DNA of 64,000 nucleotides, from positions 2,069-66,068 of the forward strand of contig CAYRNR010000028.1 in NCBI GenBank assembly GCA_964425605.1, read 5' to 3'. This DNA is from an uncultured Rickettsiales bacterium (lineage in GTDB: Bacteria; Myxococcota_A; UBA796; UBA9615; CAYRNR01). Positions 7,634 to 16,941 of the stretch are shown piece by piece. The notes beneath the pieces are model-generated. The model was not told where the DNA came from and ran no database searches. It saw only the letters and a program-made list of their open reading frames with translations. Each line of letters starts with the position of its first letter. The stretch's first letter is position 1. A program made the position numbers and the translations under genes.

Positions 7634-9916
7634 ATGCGTACATGCGTCCTCTGTCTGCTGCTGCCCGTCGTCCTGTTCGCCTGCCATACGCCCCCCGATC
7701 CCCCTGAACACCACACGCGGCTCGCGCCGGTCACCCTCCCCGCCATCGATCCGTCCGGCGGAGAGGGCAGCCTGATCCTGGGCGGGACCACGCCGTTCAC
7801 CGTGCAGGCCACCGAGACCTACCAGTTCGACTTCACCGTCGGCCCCTCGGGCATGGAGTCCGGGGGCGGCCTGCTGCTGCTCGATCCCATCCTGCACGGG
7901 GTGGCGATCATCAAGTACATGGACTGGGCCCTGGATCCCGCCGACTGCAACGACCAGTACCAGGAGGGCGCCGACTCCATGCGCTACCAGGGGCTGGCCT
8001 GGGCCGAGACCGACGTGCCCGGCGTGGCCGCGATCCTCGACCGCCCCGAGCACACCGAGGACATGCACCAGGAGATGTACACCGAGATCACCGTGGACGG
8101 CCCCCTGCCCGCCGGCAGCGTGATCACCCTGTACCTCGGCATCGCGGACGAGACGCCGCTGGGTCCGGCCAACGCCCTGTGCGCCAGCCGCGCCCCGTAC
8201 AAGGCCTACGAGCGCATCCCCTGGATGGCGGCCAGCCGCCCCGACAGCGTCACCACCTGGGCCATGCTCGACGAGGAGCCGCCGGTGATGCGCGTCTACG
8301 GGGGCCAGACCGTGCACACGTCGCGGGTGTACATCCCCTCCTTCGCCCAGGTGGGGGAGACCATCCCGGTGACCGTCGCCCTGCTCGACGAGTTCGGCAA
8401 CGCCATCGAGGGGGTGGCCAACTCCGTGGTGTTCCAGCCCAGCCTGGCCTTGACCGACCTGGCCCCTGCCGTGGACTTCTCCGTGGACTCGCCGTCCTTC
8501 GCGCGGCTGGAGGCCACCCCGAGCGTCGACGGCGTACTGCGCATCACGATCCAGGGCACCGGCGGCATCTCCGCCGTCTCCAACCCGTGCGTCGTCTCCA
8601 CCGATCCCCCCGAGACCCGCGTCTACTGGGGCGACATCCACAGCCACCACGGCAGCCACTACTTCGACGAGTTCGGCGACATGGTGGACGAGAACCTGCG
8701 CTACGCCCGCGACGTGGCCGGCCTGGACTTCGCCGGCGAGAGCATGAAGCTGCCCCCGCTGGAGGTGTACGGCGAGGAGCTGTGGCAGGACCTCCAGGTG
8801 GGCTGCAGCACCTACGAGGGCGACGACTTCGTGCCGTTTTTGGGCTTCGAGTGGATGGGCCCCGGCGGCAGCGGCCACCACAACGTGTACTTCGACGGCT
8901 GCTTCGGCGAGGTCACCCAGAGCGCGTTCCTGTCCGGCCTCGACGGCGCCGGCGGCCTGTACGAGTTCATGGACACGATGGTCTCCGAGAACCCCGGCCT
9001 CCGCGTCATCGCCGTGCCCCACGCCTCCAAGTACACCGGCTTCGGCTGGGAGGACATCGACGACGAGGCCCGGCCCTCCGCCGAGGTCTTCAGCGAGTGG
9101 GGCGAGTCCATGGAGCCCGACGGCCTGCGCTCGGTGCCCGACGGCCTCCTCGCCGGCAACACCCTGGGCTTCATCGCCTCGTCGGACAACCACGACGGGT
9201 TCATGGGCAACCCCCTCGCCCTCAAGAACGACAAAGGCGGCCTCGTCGCCGCGCTGGCCACCGACCGCACCCGCGACGCGATCTTCGACGCCATCACCGA
9301 GCGCGCGACCTACGCCACCGCCGTCGAACGCATCATCGCCCTGAGCTGGACCGAGGAGGACGGCTACCGCTCGCGCATGGGTCAGGTCCTGGTGGGGTTC
9401 GAGCCCACCTTCACCCTCGAGATCCACGGCACCCAGGAGCTCGTATCGGCCAGCCTCCACCGCATCTACCTCGAAGGCGACGCCGACGAGGTGGTGTACG
9501 AGACCACCCTCGCCGGCCTCGAGGACTCCGTCCTCACCTTCGCGCCGGGCGACGACGGCTACGAGCTCGACGAGCCCGCCCTGTTCTACTGGTACGTGGA
9601 TCAGCAGGGCGACGGCCAGGCCTGGACCAGCCCCGTCTACCTGTACCCGGACTGCAACGCGGGCGTGGACGATCCGGCCGGCCTGTGTGGAACCGGCGAT
9701 GACGACGACGACGACGACGACAGCACCGGCGACGACGACGTGACCGACGACGACGACAGCGACGATGACGACGACGACGTCACACCGGACGACGACGACG
9801 ACAGCGGCGACGAGGGGGACGACGACTGCTCGTGTGATGTGGAGGGTGGGACCCGGGGATCGTCGGTGGTCGCGCTGCTGGTGCTGGGAATCCTGGGACT
9901 GCGCCGGAGGTCCTGA
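7634..9916 (+). CDS. Exported lipoprotein, DUF3604/PHP-like metal-hydrolase domain, poly-Asp spacer and MYXO-CTERM-like C-terminal anchor
   Basis: Lipobox LFAC. The PHP-like motif is YWGDIHSHHGSHYFDEFGD...SSDNHDG. The C-terminus is ...DDDDDSGDEGDDDCSCDVEGGTRGSSVVALLVLGILGLRRRS. Confidence 0.6.
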   Translation: MRTCVLCLLLPVVLFACHTPPDPPEHHTRLAPVTLPAIDPSGGEGSLILGGTTPFTVQATETYQFDFTVGPSGMESGGGLLLLDPILHGVAIIKYMDWALDPADCNDQYQEGADSMRYQGLAWAETDVPGVAAILDRPEHTEDMHQEMYTEITVDGPLPAGSVITLYLGIADETPLGPANALCASRAPYKAYERIPWMAASRPDSVTTWAMLDEEPPVMRVYGGQTVHTSRVYIPSFAQVGETIPVTVALLDEFGNAIEGVANSVVFQPSLALTDLAPAVDFSVDSPSFARLEATPSVDGVLRITIQGTGGISAVSNPCVVSTDPPETRVYWGDIHSHHGSHYFDEFGDMVDENLRYARDVAGLDFAGESMKLPPLEVYGEELWQDLQVGCSTYEGDDFVPFLGFEWMGPGGSGHHNVYFDGCFGEVTQSAFLSGLDGAGGLYEFMDTMVSENPGLRVIAVPHASKYTGFGWEDIDDEARPSAEVFSEWGESMEPDGLRSVPDGLLAGNTLGFIASSDNHDGFMGNPLALKNDKGGLVAALATDRTRDAIFDAITERATYATAVERIIALSWTEEDGYRSRMGQVLVGFEPTFTLEIHGTQELVSASLHRIYLEGDADEVVYETTLAGLEDSVLTFAPGDDGYELDEPALFYWYVDQQGDGQAWTSPVYLYPDCNAGVDDPAGLCGTGDDDDDDDDSTGDDDVTDDDDSDDDDDDVTPDDDDDSGDEGDDDCSCDVEGGTRGSSVVALLVLGILGLRRRS
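9698..9826 (+). repeat. GAC/GAT-rich (poly-Asp) coding tract
   Basis: Encodes GDDDDDDDDSTGDDDVTDDDDSDDDDDDVTPDDDDDSGDEGDDD directly before the Cys motif of the C-terminal anchor. Confidence 0.9.
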
Positions 9917-11407
9917 ATGTCCCGATCGCGCGCGCTGCGCTCCCTGCCCCTGGTGGTAGCGCTCTCGACCGCCCTCCCCTCCTCCGCCGATCCCTCGAAC
10001 CACGCCGGCCACGACTACTACTTCGGCGATCTCCACGCCCACACCGGCCACTCCATGGACGGCTACTCCGCCGATCTCTACGGCTGCCCCGACGGCTACG
10101 ACTGCGGAGACGCGAGTTCGGTGCTACAGGATGCTCGCGACGTGTTCGACCTGGACTTCCTGGCGCTCACGGAGCACGGCAACGGCATGCACGCCGTCCA
10201 GGCGCCGTGGGTCTGGGAGGACCAGCTGGCCGAGGTCCGGGCGGCCAACGATCCCGAGGGGGGGTTCGTGACCGTGCCCGGCGTCGAGCTGTGGCTGTGG
10301 GAGGGTGACGGCTCGATCCGGGATCACCGCAACTTGTACCTGTTCGGAACCGATGATCAGCTGGATGGCGTCGGCCTCGAGGAGATCCGCGGGGAGGCCG
10401 ACGCGCCCCCGTTCACCACCGACGACTGCTCCGCGGTGTTCGACCACCTGGAGACCCTGCAGGAGTCCCACGGCGACCTCTTGCTGATACCGCACCACCC
10501 CGCGATCCAGCCCCCGGCGGCCACGGACTGGTCGTGCGTGGATCCGCGATTCAACCCCGTGGTCGAGAACTACTCCGAGCACGGCAACTCCCAGTGGCCG
10601 TCCTACCCCGACAGCTACGATCCCGTGGACCCCGACGCCGAGCAGCCCGCGTCCACCGTGGATCGCGCCCTGTCGCCCGACGGCCACGACCTGCGCCTCG
10701 GCATCGTCGGAGGCACCGACTCCCACGACACCCGCCCCGGCTCGGTGTGCGACCTCGATCCGCGTTTCCGCAACAACGCCGTGAACTACGGCGGCGGACT
10801 CAGCGTGGTGGCCCTCCCCGAGGGTGACCTCCTCGACCGCGCCGCCATCCTCGAGGCCCTGCGCGACCGCCGCACCCTCGCCACGTCCGGGCCGCGCATC
10901 CCGGTCCACTTCGAGATACGCATCGACGGCACGGCCGTGGCCTCCATGGGCGAGCAGTTCGACCACGTGACGTCCGGACCCATCGAGTTCCTCGTCAGCG
11001 TCCCGACCGCGGACACGGGCGTCGTGACAGGTGTCACACTGATACAGCCCGACACGGCGTGGACCCCCATGCTGGAGGACGCGCCAGGGACGTACATCGG
11101 CGGCGTCGATCTCGGCGCGAATCCCGTGGTCTATGCCCTCGTGGAGATCGACGGCGACGCGTACTGGGACGGCCTCGGGGTGGAGTGCGAGGACGGCGGC
11201 GAGGACGACCGGGAGTTCATCTGGACCAGCCCGATCTGGGTGGACGAGATCGCGGGCATGGACGACGACGACGACGACATCGAAGACGATGACGACTCCT
11301 CGGGGGACGACGACGGGTGTGAGTGCAACGGGGCCCGGGTGGAACGACGGAGCGCGCCGGCGCTGGTAGGTCTGCTACTGGCTGCGCTGTTCCTGCGACG
11401 CCGATGA
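9917..11407 (+). CDS. Secreted DUF3604/PHP-like protein (paralog of 7634..9916) with poly-Asp spacer and MYXO-CTERM-like anchor
   Basis: The start abuts the previous stop. Signal peptide LPLVVALSTALPSSA. PHP motif YYFGDLHAHTGHSMDG, then LTEHGN, IPHHP, GGTDSHD. C-terminus MDDDDDDIEDDDDSSGDDDGCECNGARVERRSAPALVGLLLAALFLRRR. Confidence 0.65.
   Translation: MSRSRALRSLPLVVALSTALPSSADPSNHAGHDYYFGDLHAHTGHSMDGYSADLYGCPDGYDCGDASSVLQDARDVFDLDFLALTEHGNGMHAVQAPWVWEDQLAEVRAANDPEGGFVTVPGVELWLWEGDGSIRDHRNLYLFGTDDQLDGVGLEEIRGEADAPPFTTDDCSAVFDHLETLQESHGDLLLIPHHPAIQPPAATDWSCVDPRFNPVVENYSEHGNSQWPSYPDSYDPVDPDAEQPASTVDRALSPDGHDLRLGIVGGTDSHDTRPGSVCDLDPRFRNNAVNYGGGLSVVALPEGDLLDRAAILEALRDRRTLATSGPRIPVHFEIRIDGTAVASMGEQFDHVTSGPIEFLVSVPTADTGVVTGVTLIQPDTAWTPMLEDAPGTYIGGVDLGANPVVYALVEIDGDAYWDGLGVECEDGGEDDREFIWTSPIWVDEIAGMDDDDDDIEDDDDSSGDDDGCECNGARVERRSAPALVGLLLAALFLRRR
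11261..11314 (+). repeat. GAC-rich (poly-Asp) coding tract
   Basis: Encodes DDDDDDIEDDDDSSGDDD immediately before GCEC of the anchor. Confidence 0.9.
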
Positions 11408-12769
11408 CGATTCCTGCGACGGTACGAACGATTCGAACCACTCCATGTAGCCGAACCCCGATCCCACGCTCGCGTTGAGCTGCCACAGGATCTCTCCCCC
11501 GGGCGTGACCTCGTCGATCTGGCCCTGGGCGCTCCAGTCCACCAGGGTGTTCCCGCCGGGTAGCCGTTCCACGTCTCCGAAGCCCAGGGAGAACAGCGGC
11601 GGATCGGTCATGTACTCCCAGAGCACCTCTGCCGAGCCATCCCCACCGTCCAGCGCGTACTCGACCGCGCGGGAGCCCTCCTCGGGCACGCGGTTGTCGA
11701 AGATCAGGATTCCCTCCTCGAGAACGCGGAACCGATGCTGTCGTTCGAACAGCTTCGTCTCACCATCCGCCAGCGCGAAATCGCTCTCGTCCCCACCCGC
11801 GATCCAGAGGACGTCTCCACTGCCGCGGTCGATCTTGTAGACAGCGTCGAAGTTGCGCAGCGATACATAGTAGGCGCCCTCGTGGTACTGGATGGCGTTG
11901 GCGTGGGACCAGCCCGTGTCGGGATCGTACTCGTCCCCCTGCTCGAACTCGGCGTGGTCCCAGATCGACCAGACGGTGGTCTGCTCCCCTCCCTCGTCGA
12001 CCTCGACGATCCGATCGCCCTCGATCATCTGCTCGCCCACCGGCCGCGAGTCCTCCATGAGCACGGCGATGGCGCCGTCCGCCAGCTCCACGAAGTCGTG
12101 GTGGGCCTGCTGGATGGGGAGCGTCTCGACGTCAGCGCCGTCCATGGACACCTTCACGAGTATCCGTTCCCGGTTGGCGTTCTCCACCCCGGTGGCGGCC
12201 TCGTAGATCACCGCGCTCCCGTCGAGAGTCCGCGCGACCTTGGGTATGTAGAACGTCTCCCAGTCCCCCCCCTCCGGTGGGGTCAGCTGGTGCCACCAGA
12301 CGCACTCGCCATCCCGGTCCAGGATCACGGCGAGGGAGGGAAACGACACGGTGCTCGTGACCAGAAAGCCCGTGGCCCCGTCGGACCCCGCGGCCACGCT
12401 GAGACTGGGCAGGGTCGTCGGCGCGCTCCCGGTCTGCACCGCGACACCGGGGCTCGTCATCGCCGCGCCGCCGGACACCTCCACCGCGTGCAGTCGATAC
12501 CCTCGATCCGGTTTCAGCCCCACGACGGTGGTCTCGAACCGCGACCCCTCCAGAGACGCTGGGATCCATGCGGAGTCCGTCCCCTGGGGACCGTCCACGA
12601 GCACGTAGGCTGATTCGCAGGCGGGATCGTTCGCCTCCCAGGAGGCGGCCACGACCGTGGAGATGTGCGGGCTGACCACGACGTCCAATCCGCCCGCGAA
12701 CTGCGGTCCAGAGCTGCAGCCGACCACAGCCACGAAGGACAGCAGGGCCATCGGGCAGCCCCTGATCAT
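11375..12769 (-). CDS. Arylsulfotransferase (ASST)-like beta-propeller lipoprotein
   Basis: Track ORF 11375..12787. ATG 12769 is preceded by GGAGAGGA. Lipobox VVGC|SSG. The N-terminal part is FN3-like. ASST-like motifs: AHHDFVELADG, HANAIQY...SLRNFDAVYKIDRGSGDVLWIAGG, RLPGGNTLV. The 3' end overlaps the convergent gene by 33 bp. Confidence 0.6.
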   Translation of the reverse strand: MIRGCPMALLSFVAVVGCSSGPQFAGGLDVVVSPHISTVVAASWEANDPACESAYVLVDGPQGTDSAWIPASLEGSRFETTVVGLKPDRGYRLHAVEVSGGAAMTSPGVAVQTGSAPTTLPSLSVAAGSDGATGFLVTSTVSFPSLAVILDRDGECVWWHQLTPPEGGDWETFYIPKVARTLDGSAVIYEAATGVENANRERILVKVSMDGADVETLPIQQAHHDFVELADGAIAVLMEDSRPVGEQMIEGDRIVEVDEGGEQTTVWSIWDHAEFEQGDEYDPDTGWSHANAIQYHEGAYYVSLRNFDAVYKIDRGSGDVLWIAGGDESDFALADGETKLFERQHRFRVLEEGILIFDNRVPEEGSRAVEYALDGGDGSAEVLWEYMTDPPLFSLGFGDVERLPGGNTLVDWSAQGQIDEVTPGGEILWQLNASVGSGFGYMEWFESFVPSQESSSASQEQRSQ

Positions 12770-12879
12770 CACGAGTCCTCTCCGCACCGGGACGAGACAC
12801 GGCGTTGTCGAGCCGATTGTACAGGTTCCCCGGGGGCTCCGATGCGTCCCGGTGGACCTCTCCGGCGGCGTGGCGCAGG

Positions 12880-15423
12880 ATGGTGCCCATGATGCGTGCT
12901 GGAGCCCCCTCGTTCGTCGTGTTCCTGGGAGTGTTCCTCCTCCCGAACGAGGCCGGCGCCCATTCCCCGCACGACGTCATCGCCGAGGTCGCCATCGACG
13001 ATTCCGGAGCGCACATCGTCGCGCAGTACATGAACCCGGACCGCGGCCTCCTGCTCCTCAGCGAGGACGGCGGCCGGAGCTGGGCATTCACGGCCCCCGC
13101 GCTGGCGCGTGATCCGCTGAAGAGCCTGCATTTCGCCACCGAGGACCACCTCTGGGCCGCTGATGGTTCGACCCCGACGCCGTACCGCAGCACGGACGGA
13201 GGTTGGAAGTGGCACACCGCGAGCGACCTGGATGGAACGCCCGTCCAGTGCGTCCAGCCGACGCAGAGCTACGCGAGCCAACCCACGGTCTTCGCCGGGA
13301 CCGGTGACGGGCTGTTCCGCAGCGACGACGGAGGAGATTTCTGGGAACGGCTCGGCGGGATGCCGAAGGGCCCCGTGCTGGACGTCGCTCCAGCTCCCGG
13401 CTTCCCGTGGGATCCCTTTGTCGCCGCCATTGCTGGAGAGGTGGGATTCTGGCGATCCGACGATGCGGGGGAGAGCTGGGAGATGACCCTGGGCTACGAG
13501 GAGGGGATCGAGCCGACGGCGATGGCGCTCTCTCCCGGATTCGAGAGTGACTCTCGACTCTGGGTGGGTTGCCGCGGCGGAGCGGTCCATCGCAGTGACG
13601 ACGGAGGCGTGACCTGGACCGAGACCATCATCGACGTCGACGGCCCCATCGAACAGGAGATCCAGGGCCTGCTCGCCCTCTCCGGCACCGAGGTGCTGGC
13701 CATGACCGCGGAACACGGAGTGCTGTGTTCTTTCGATGGTGGCACGTCGTGGGACCTGTGCGACGACGGTGTCCCCGAGCAGACGCTCCAGCATTCGAGC
13801 ACCTGGGGACACTACCGGCGCCTCGCGAAGCCGGCTGGAGCCAGCTCACCGGTGGCTCTGGCTTCCTGGCAGGGCCTGGTCCTCAGCGACGACGGAGTCC
13901 AGTGGGAGGAGTCGTGCACGCTGCTGCCGAGCTACGTCAGGGCGCTCGCCGTGTCGCCGTCGTGGCCCGACGACGCCACGGTCTGGATCGGTTCGTACGG
14001 TGGTGGTCTCTACCGTTCGCAGGACCTCGGTGAGAGCTGGACGGTGATCGCGGACGAGATACCCTGGCTCTTCGAGATCGATCTGGTGGTCGCGCCCGGC
14101 TATCCCGACCTCCCGCTGCTTCTCCTGGTGGCTTCTCGGCGCATCCACCGCTCCACGGACGCTGGAGGAAGCTGGGAGAGACCCGAGGTCCCCTGCGTCG
14201 AAGCCGTTCATCGAATCTTCCTCTCGCCGGACTTCACCGACGACGGCGTGTGCGTCGCGGTGGGGACCACCGAGAACGAAGGGACCTGGGGGATGGTGCG
14301 CTCCGAGGATCACGGAGCCACGTGGGGGTGTGTCTGGCAAGCCGACTCCGTGGATGCGCCGCAGATCCGGTCCGTGGCGTTCTCCAATCACGAGGACGGG
14401 GCGGATGTCCTGTTCGCGCGGCAATCGAACCCACCGGGCATCCTCGAGTCCAGCGACGGTGGGCGGACATGGGACCTCGTCGAGGAGACGCCTGACGATC
14501 TCGCCGCGCTCTTCGCGTTGCGCGGAGAATCCCAGGACTCGCTGCTCGCCGTCACGGTCACCGGAGAGCTGTGGCGCGGCGACGCCTCGGGCATGGCATT
14601 CTCCGACTCCCTGGGACAGGAGATCTCGCAAGGATGGGACATGGGGGACGGCGAAGATGGCGCCGTCCTCGCCCTCTCCCTGGAATCCAGTGGACTGATG
14701 CGCTCGAAGGACGCGGGCGAGACATGGGATCTCGTGCCCACTCGATTCAGCTCCCCCGTCCTGGACGTGGCCTCTCCTCCCGACGATCCAGCGGGCCCCG
14801 TGGCCTTGGTCTCGACTCACTACGGGACCTTCCTCACCTGCGACGACGGCGACAACTGGACCCTGTTCGATCGGCTGCTCCGCCTCGAAGAGCAGGCCTG
14901 TCCGCTTCGTTACCGGGGGAGCGGCTGGCGGCTCGTCCCGGGCGATTTCACGGGGACGACGGCCATGGTGTCCGGCGTCGCGGGCGATGGTGTCTCCTTC
15001 GAGTTCTTCGGGCGCAGCGTTCGCTGGCTGGCCCCCCGTCGCGACCACTACGGGACCGCGTCGGTCTCCGTGGACGGCGTTCCCGTCGACTCGGTCTCCC
15101 TCTCGCAAGCTCCGGACGAGAAGGGGATCGTCTTCAGCCACTCCTTCGACACGGATGGCTGGCACACCCTCGAACTCGAGGTCGCCGGGGACGGCGACGT
15201 GGCCGTCGACGCGATCGAGACGATCCGGCACGAACTCGAGAACGGGCCCGCGGAGCGATACGAGCACTCCCCCTGGTGCGAGCATTCCCCCTCGGGCGGG
15301 GACCCCGATCCCCTCGATTGCAGCTGTGAGGGTGGCTGCGGCACAACGGGCAGCGCGCGCGCCTCGAACATGGCGGTTGTGGTGTTACTCTGGCTCCTGA
15401 CACGGATTCGGCGACGCAAATAA
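12880..15423 (+). CDS. BNR/sortilin (Ycf48-like) repeat protein with C-terminal lectin-like domain and MYXO-CTERM-like anchor
   Basis: Track ORF 12805..15423, with start chosen at MVPMMRAGAPSFVVFLGVFLL. There are many S/T-x-D-G-G-x-S/T-W repeats (SEDGGRSW, STDGGWKW, SDDGGDFW, SDDAGESW, SDDGGVTW, ...). The tail is DCSCEGGCGTTGSARASNMAVVVLLWLLTRIRRRK. Confidence 0.7.
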   Translation: MVPMMRAGAPSFVVFLGVFLLPNEAGAHSPHDVIAEVAIDDSGAHIVAQYMNPDRGLLLLSEDGGRSWAFTAPALARDPLKSLHFATEDHLWAADGSTPTPYRSTDGGWKWHTASDLDGTPVQCVQPTQSYASQPTVFAGTGDGLFRSDDGGDFWERLGGMPKGPVLDVAPAPGFPWDPFVAAIAGEVGFWRSDDAGESWEMTLGYEEGIEPTAMALSPGFESDSRLWVGCRGGAVHRSDDGGVTWTETIIDVDGPIEQEIQGLLALSGTEVLAMTAEHGVLCSFDGGTSWDLCDDGVPEQTLQHSSTWGHYRRLAKPAGASSPVALASWQGLVLSDDGVQWEESCTLLPSYVRALAVSPSWPDDATVWIGSYGGGLYRSQDLGESWTVIADEIPWLFEIDLVVAPGYPDLPLLLLVASRRIHRSTDAGGSWERPEVPCVEAVHRIFLSPDFTDDGVCVAVGTTENEGTWGMVRSEDHGATWGCVWQADSVDAPQIRSVAFSNHEDGADVLFARQSNPPGILESSDGGRTWDLVEETPDDLAALFALRGESQDSLLAVTVTGELWRGDASGMAFSDSLGQEISQGWDMGDGEDGAVLALSLESSGLMRSKDAGETWDLVPTRFSSPVLDVASPPDDPAGPVALVSTHYGTFLTCDDGDNWTLFDRLLRLEEQACPLRYRGSGWRLVPGDFTGTTAMVSGVAGDGVSFEFFGRSVRWLAPRRDHYGTASVSVDGVPVDSVSLSQAPDEKGIVFSHSFDTDGWHTLELEVAGDGDVAVDAIETIRHELENGPAERYEHSPWCEHSPSGGDPDPLDCSCEGGCGTTGSARASNMAVVVLLWLLTRIRRRK

Positions 15424-15458
15424 ATGTGACGGGCGCCGTGGCCCGCTCGAACGATGCG

Positions 15459-16871
15459 TCAAGGCGTCTCGTAGAGGGACTCTCGCCACACGGCGTAGCC
15501 GAACCCGGCTCCGAGATCGAGGTTCAGCCTCCAGACCACCTCCCCCTGGGGTGTGACCTCGTCCATCTGTCCAGCCGAGGACCAGGTGATCAGGGTGTTG
15601 CCGTTGGGTAGCCGCGAGGCGTCCCCGTACGCGTAGATTCCCAGCCGTGGGTCCGGGTAGTAGTCCCAGATCCGCTCGACGGTGAATGTGTCGTAGTCCA
15701 CGGCGAACTCGCTGGCGCAGGTCTCGAAGCCACCGTAGGGGCCGTTGTTGAACACCACCATCCCACCGTCGAAGAACTGGAACTGATGCTGGCCCCAGAA
15801 CCACTCCTCCTCACCGCCGACGATCTCGAAGTCGCTGTCCGCACCCCCCATCGTCCACACCACGGCCCCGGTCGCCCGATCGACCTTGAAGATACAGTTG
15901 AAGTGCAGGCACCCGACCAGGTAGGCGTCGTCGGAGGGATCGTAGTCGATGGCGTTGCAGTGGCCCCAGCGAGCCCCCCCGTCGTGGTCGTGATCCGGAT
16001 CGTACTCCGTGTGGTCCCAGATGTTCCAGATCTCGGTTCTGGCGCCGTCCACATCCAGCTCCACCAGTCGATCGCCGTCCACTTCGACTCCGTACATCTC
16101 CCGCCGATCGAACTCGAGCAATGCGAGGGTTCCGTCCGGCAGTTCGAGAAAATCATGGTGTGCGTAAGGGACCGGGACGCGCTGGGCATACTCCCCGTCG
16201 AGGCCGGCCCGGATCACCTCTCGTACCTCGCTGTACTCGCCTGCCGTCGTCCAGCCCTGCAGCGTCTCGTACAGCACGTGCCGGCTGCCCTCGCCGGGAT
16301 GCGTACGCGCGATCACGTGCCCGTCGCCCTGGCTCACGGAGTGCCACCACACGGTGTCACCATCGGCATCGAGAATGATCGACGGACCGGGAATCAGCGT
16401 CGTATACACAAACCCGCCTGAGGCCCGCTGCGGATCGTAGACGTCCTCGTCCATCGATGCCGTGGGGATGTCCGTTCGTCCACCTCCTGTGGTCACCGTG
16501 TACAGCTCACTGACGAACTCGACGCCCCGCAGCACCACGACAGCCTGAAACCCGTACTCGGTCGACGGTTTCATTCCGATGAGGGTCGCCTCGAAAGCCC
16601 CGTCCGCCGCGACCTGGCCAGGCGCGCGAAACCGTGTCACATCGTCTCGCCCGAACTGGATCCAGGCGTCCTCGACGTCCTCCTTGTCGATGGTCCAGCT
16701 CACCGTGACGACCGACGCGATCCGGTCGCTCGGGATCACCTCGACGTCGAAATCCACGGACAGAGCGTTCACGGTCTCGTCCGGGGAACAACCGAGGATC
16801 GCCGTACACACCGCAGCTGCCCATACACAGTGGTGCATCGGATACACGAACCCGTGGGTACTGGTTCTCAT
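15459..16871 (-). CDS. Arylsulfotransferase (ASST)-like lipoprotein, paralog of 11375..12769
   Basis: Track ORF 15459..16958. ATG 16871 follows GGGAGGG. Lipobox ILGC|SPD. Motifs: AHHDFLELPDG, HCNAIDY...FNCIFKVDRATGAVVWTMGG, RLPNGNTLI. Collinear with the other paralog. Confidence 0.6.
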   Translation of the reverse strand: MRTSTHGFVYPMHHCVWAAAVCTAILGCSPDETVNALSVDFDVEVIPSDRIASVVTVSWTIDKEDVEDAWIQFGRDDVTRFRAPGQVAADGAFEATLIGMKPSTEYGFQAVVVLRGVEFVSELYTVTTGGGRTDIPTASMDEDVYDPQRASGGFVYTTLIPGPSIILDADGDTVWWHSVSQGDGHVIARTHPGEGSRHVLYETLQGWTTAGEYSEVREVIRAGLDGEYAQRVPVPYAHHDFLELPDGTLALLEFDRREMYGVEVDGDRLVELDVDGARTEIWNIWDHTEYDPDHDHDGGARWGHCNAIDYDPSDDAYLVGCLHFNCIFKVDRATGAVVWTMGGADSDFEIVGGEEEWFWGQHQFQFFDGGMVVFNNGPYGGFETCASEFAVDYDTFTVERIWDYYPDPRLGIYAYGDASRLPNGNTLITWSSAGQMDEVTPQGEVVWRLNLDLGAGFGYAVWRESLYETP

Positions 16872-16941
16872 GCGCGCCCTCCCGTACACCTCGTAGGGGA
16901 GAACGCTCGTGTTCAGGGGATATTGCGAGACGAGCGGACCT

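Noticed and set aside
7517-10051. Very long alternative-frame or antisense ORFs in the track. Examples: 7517..10051(-), 44541..47468(-), 23684..26170(+), 29668..31812(+), 2246..4291(+), 1848..3506(-), 311..1453(+), 47523..48842(-), 48905..50821(-), 55825..57732(-).
   Set aside because: Their translations are Arg/Gly/Pro/Ala/His low-complexity strings with no recognisable motifs. This is typical of off-frame reading of GC3-rich genes. Each lies entirely over a gene with strong family motifs on the other frame or strand.
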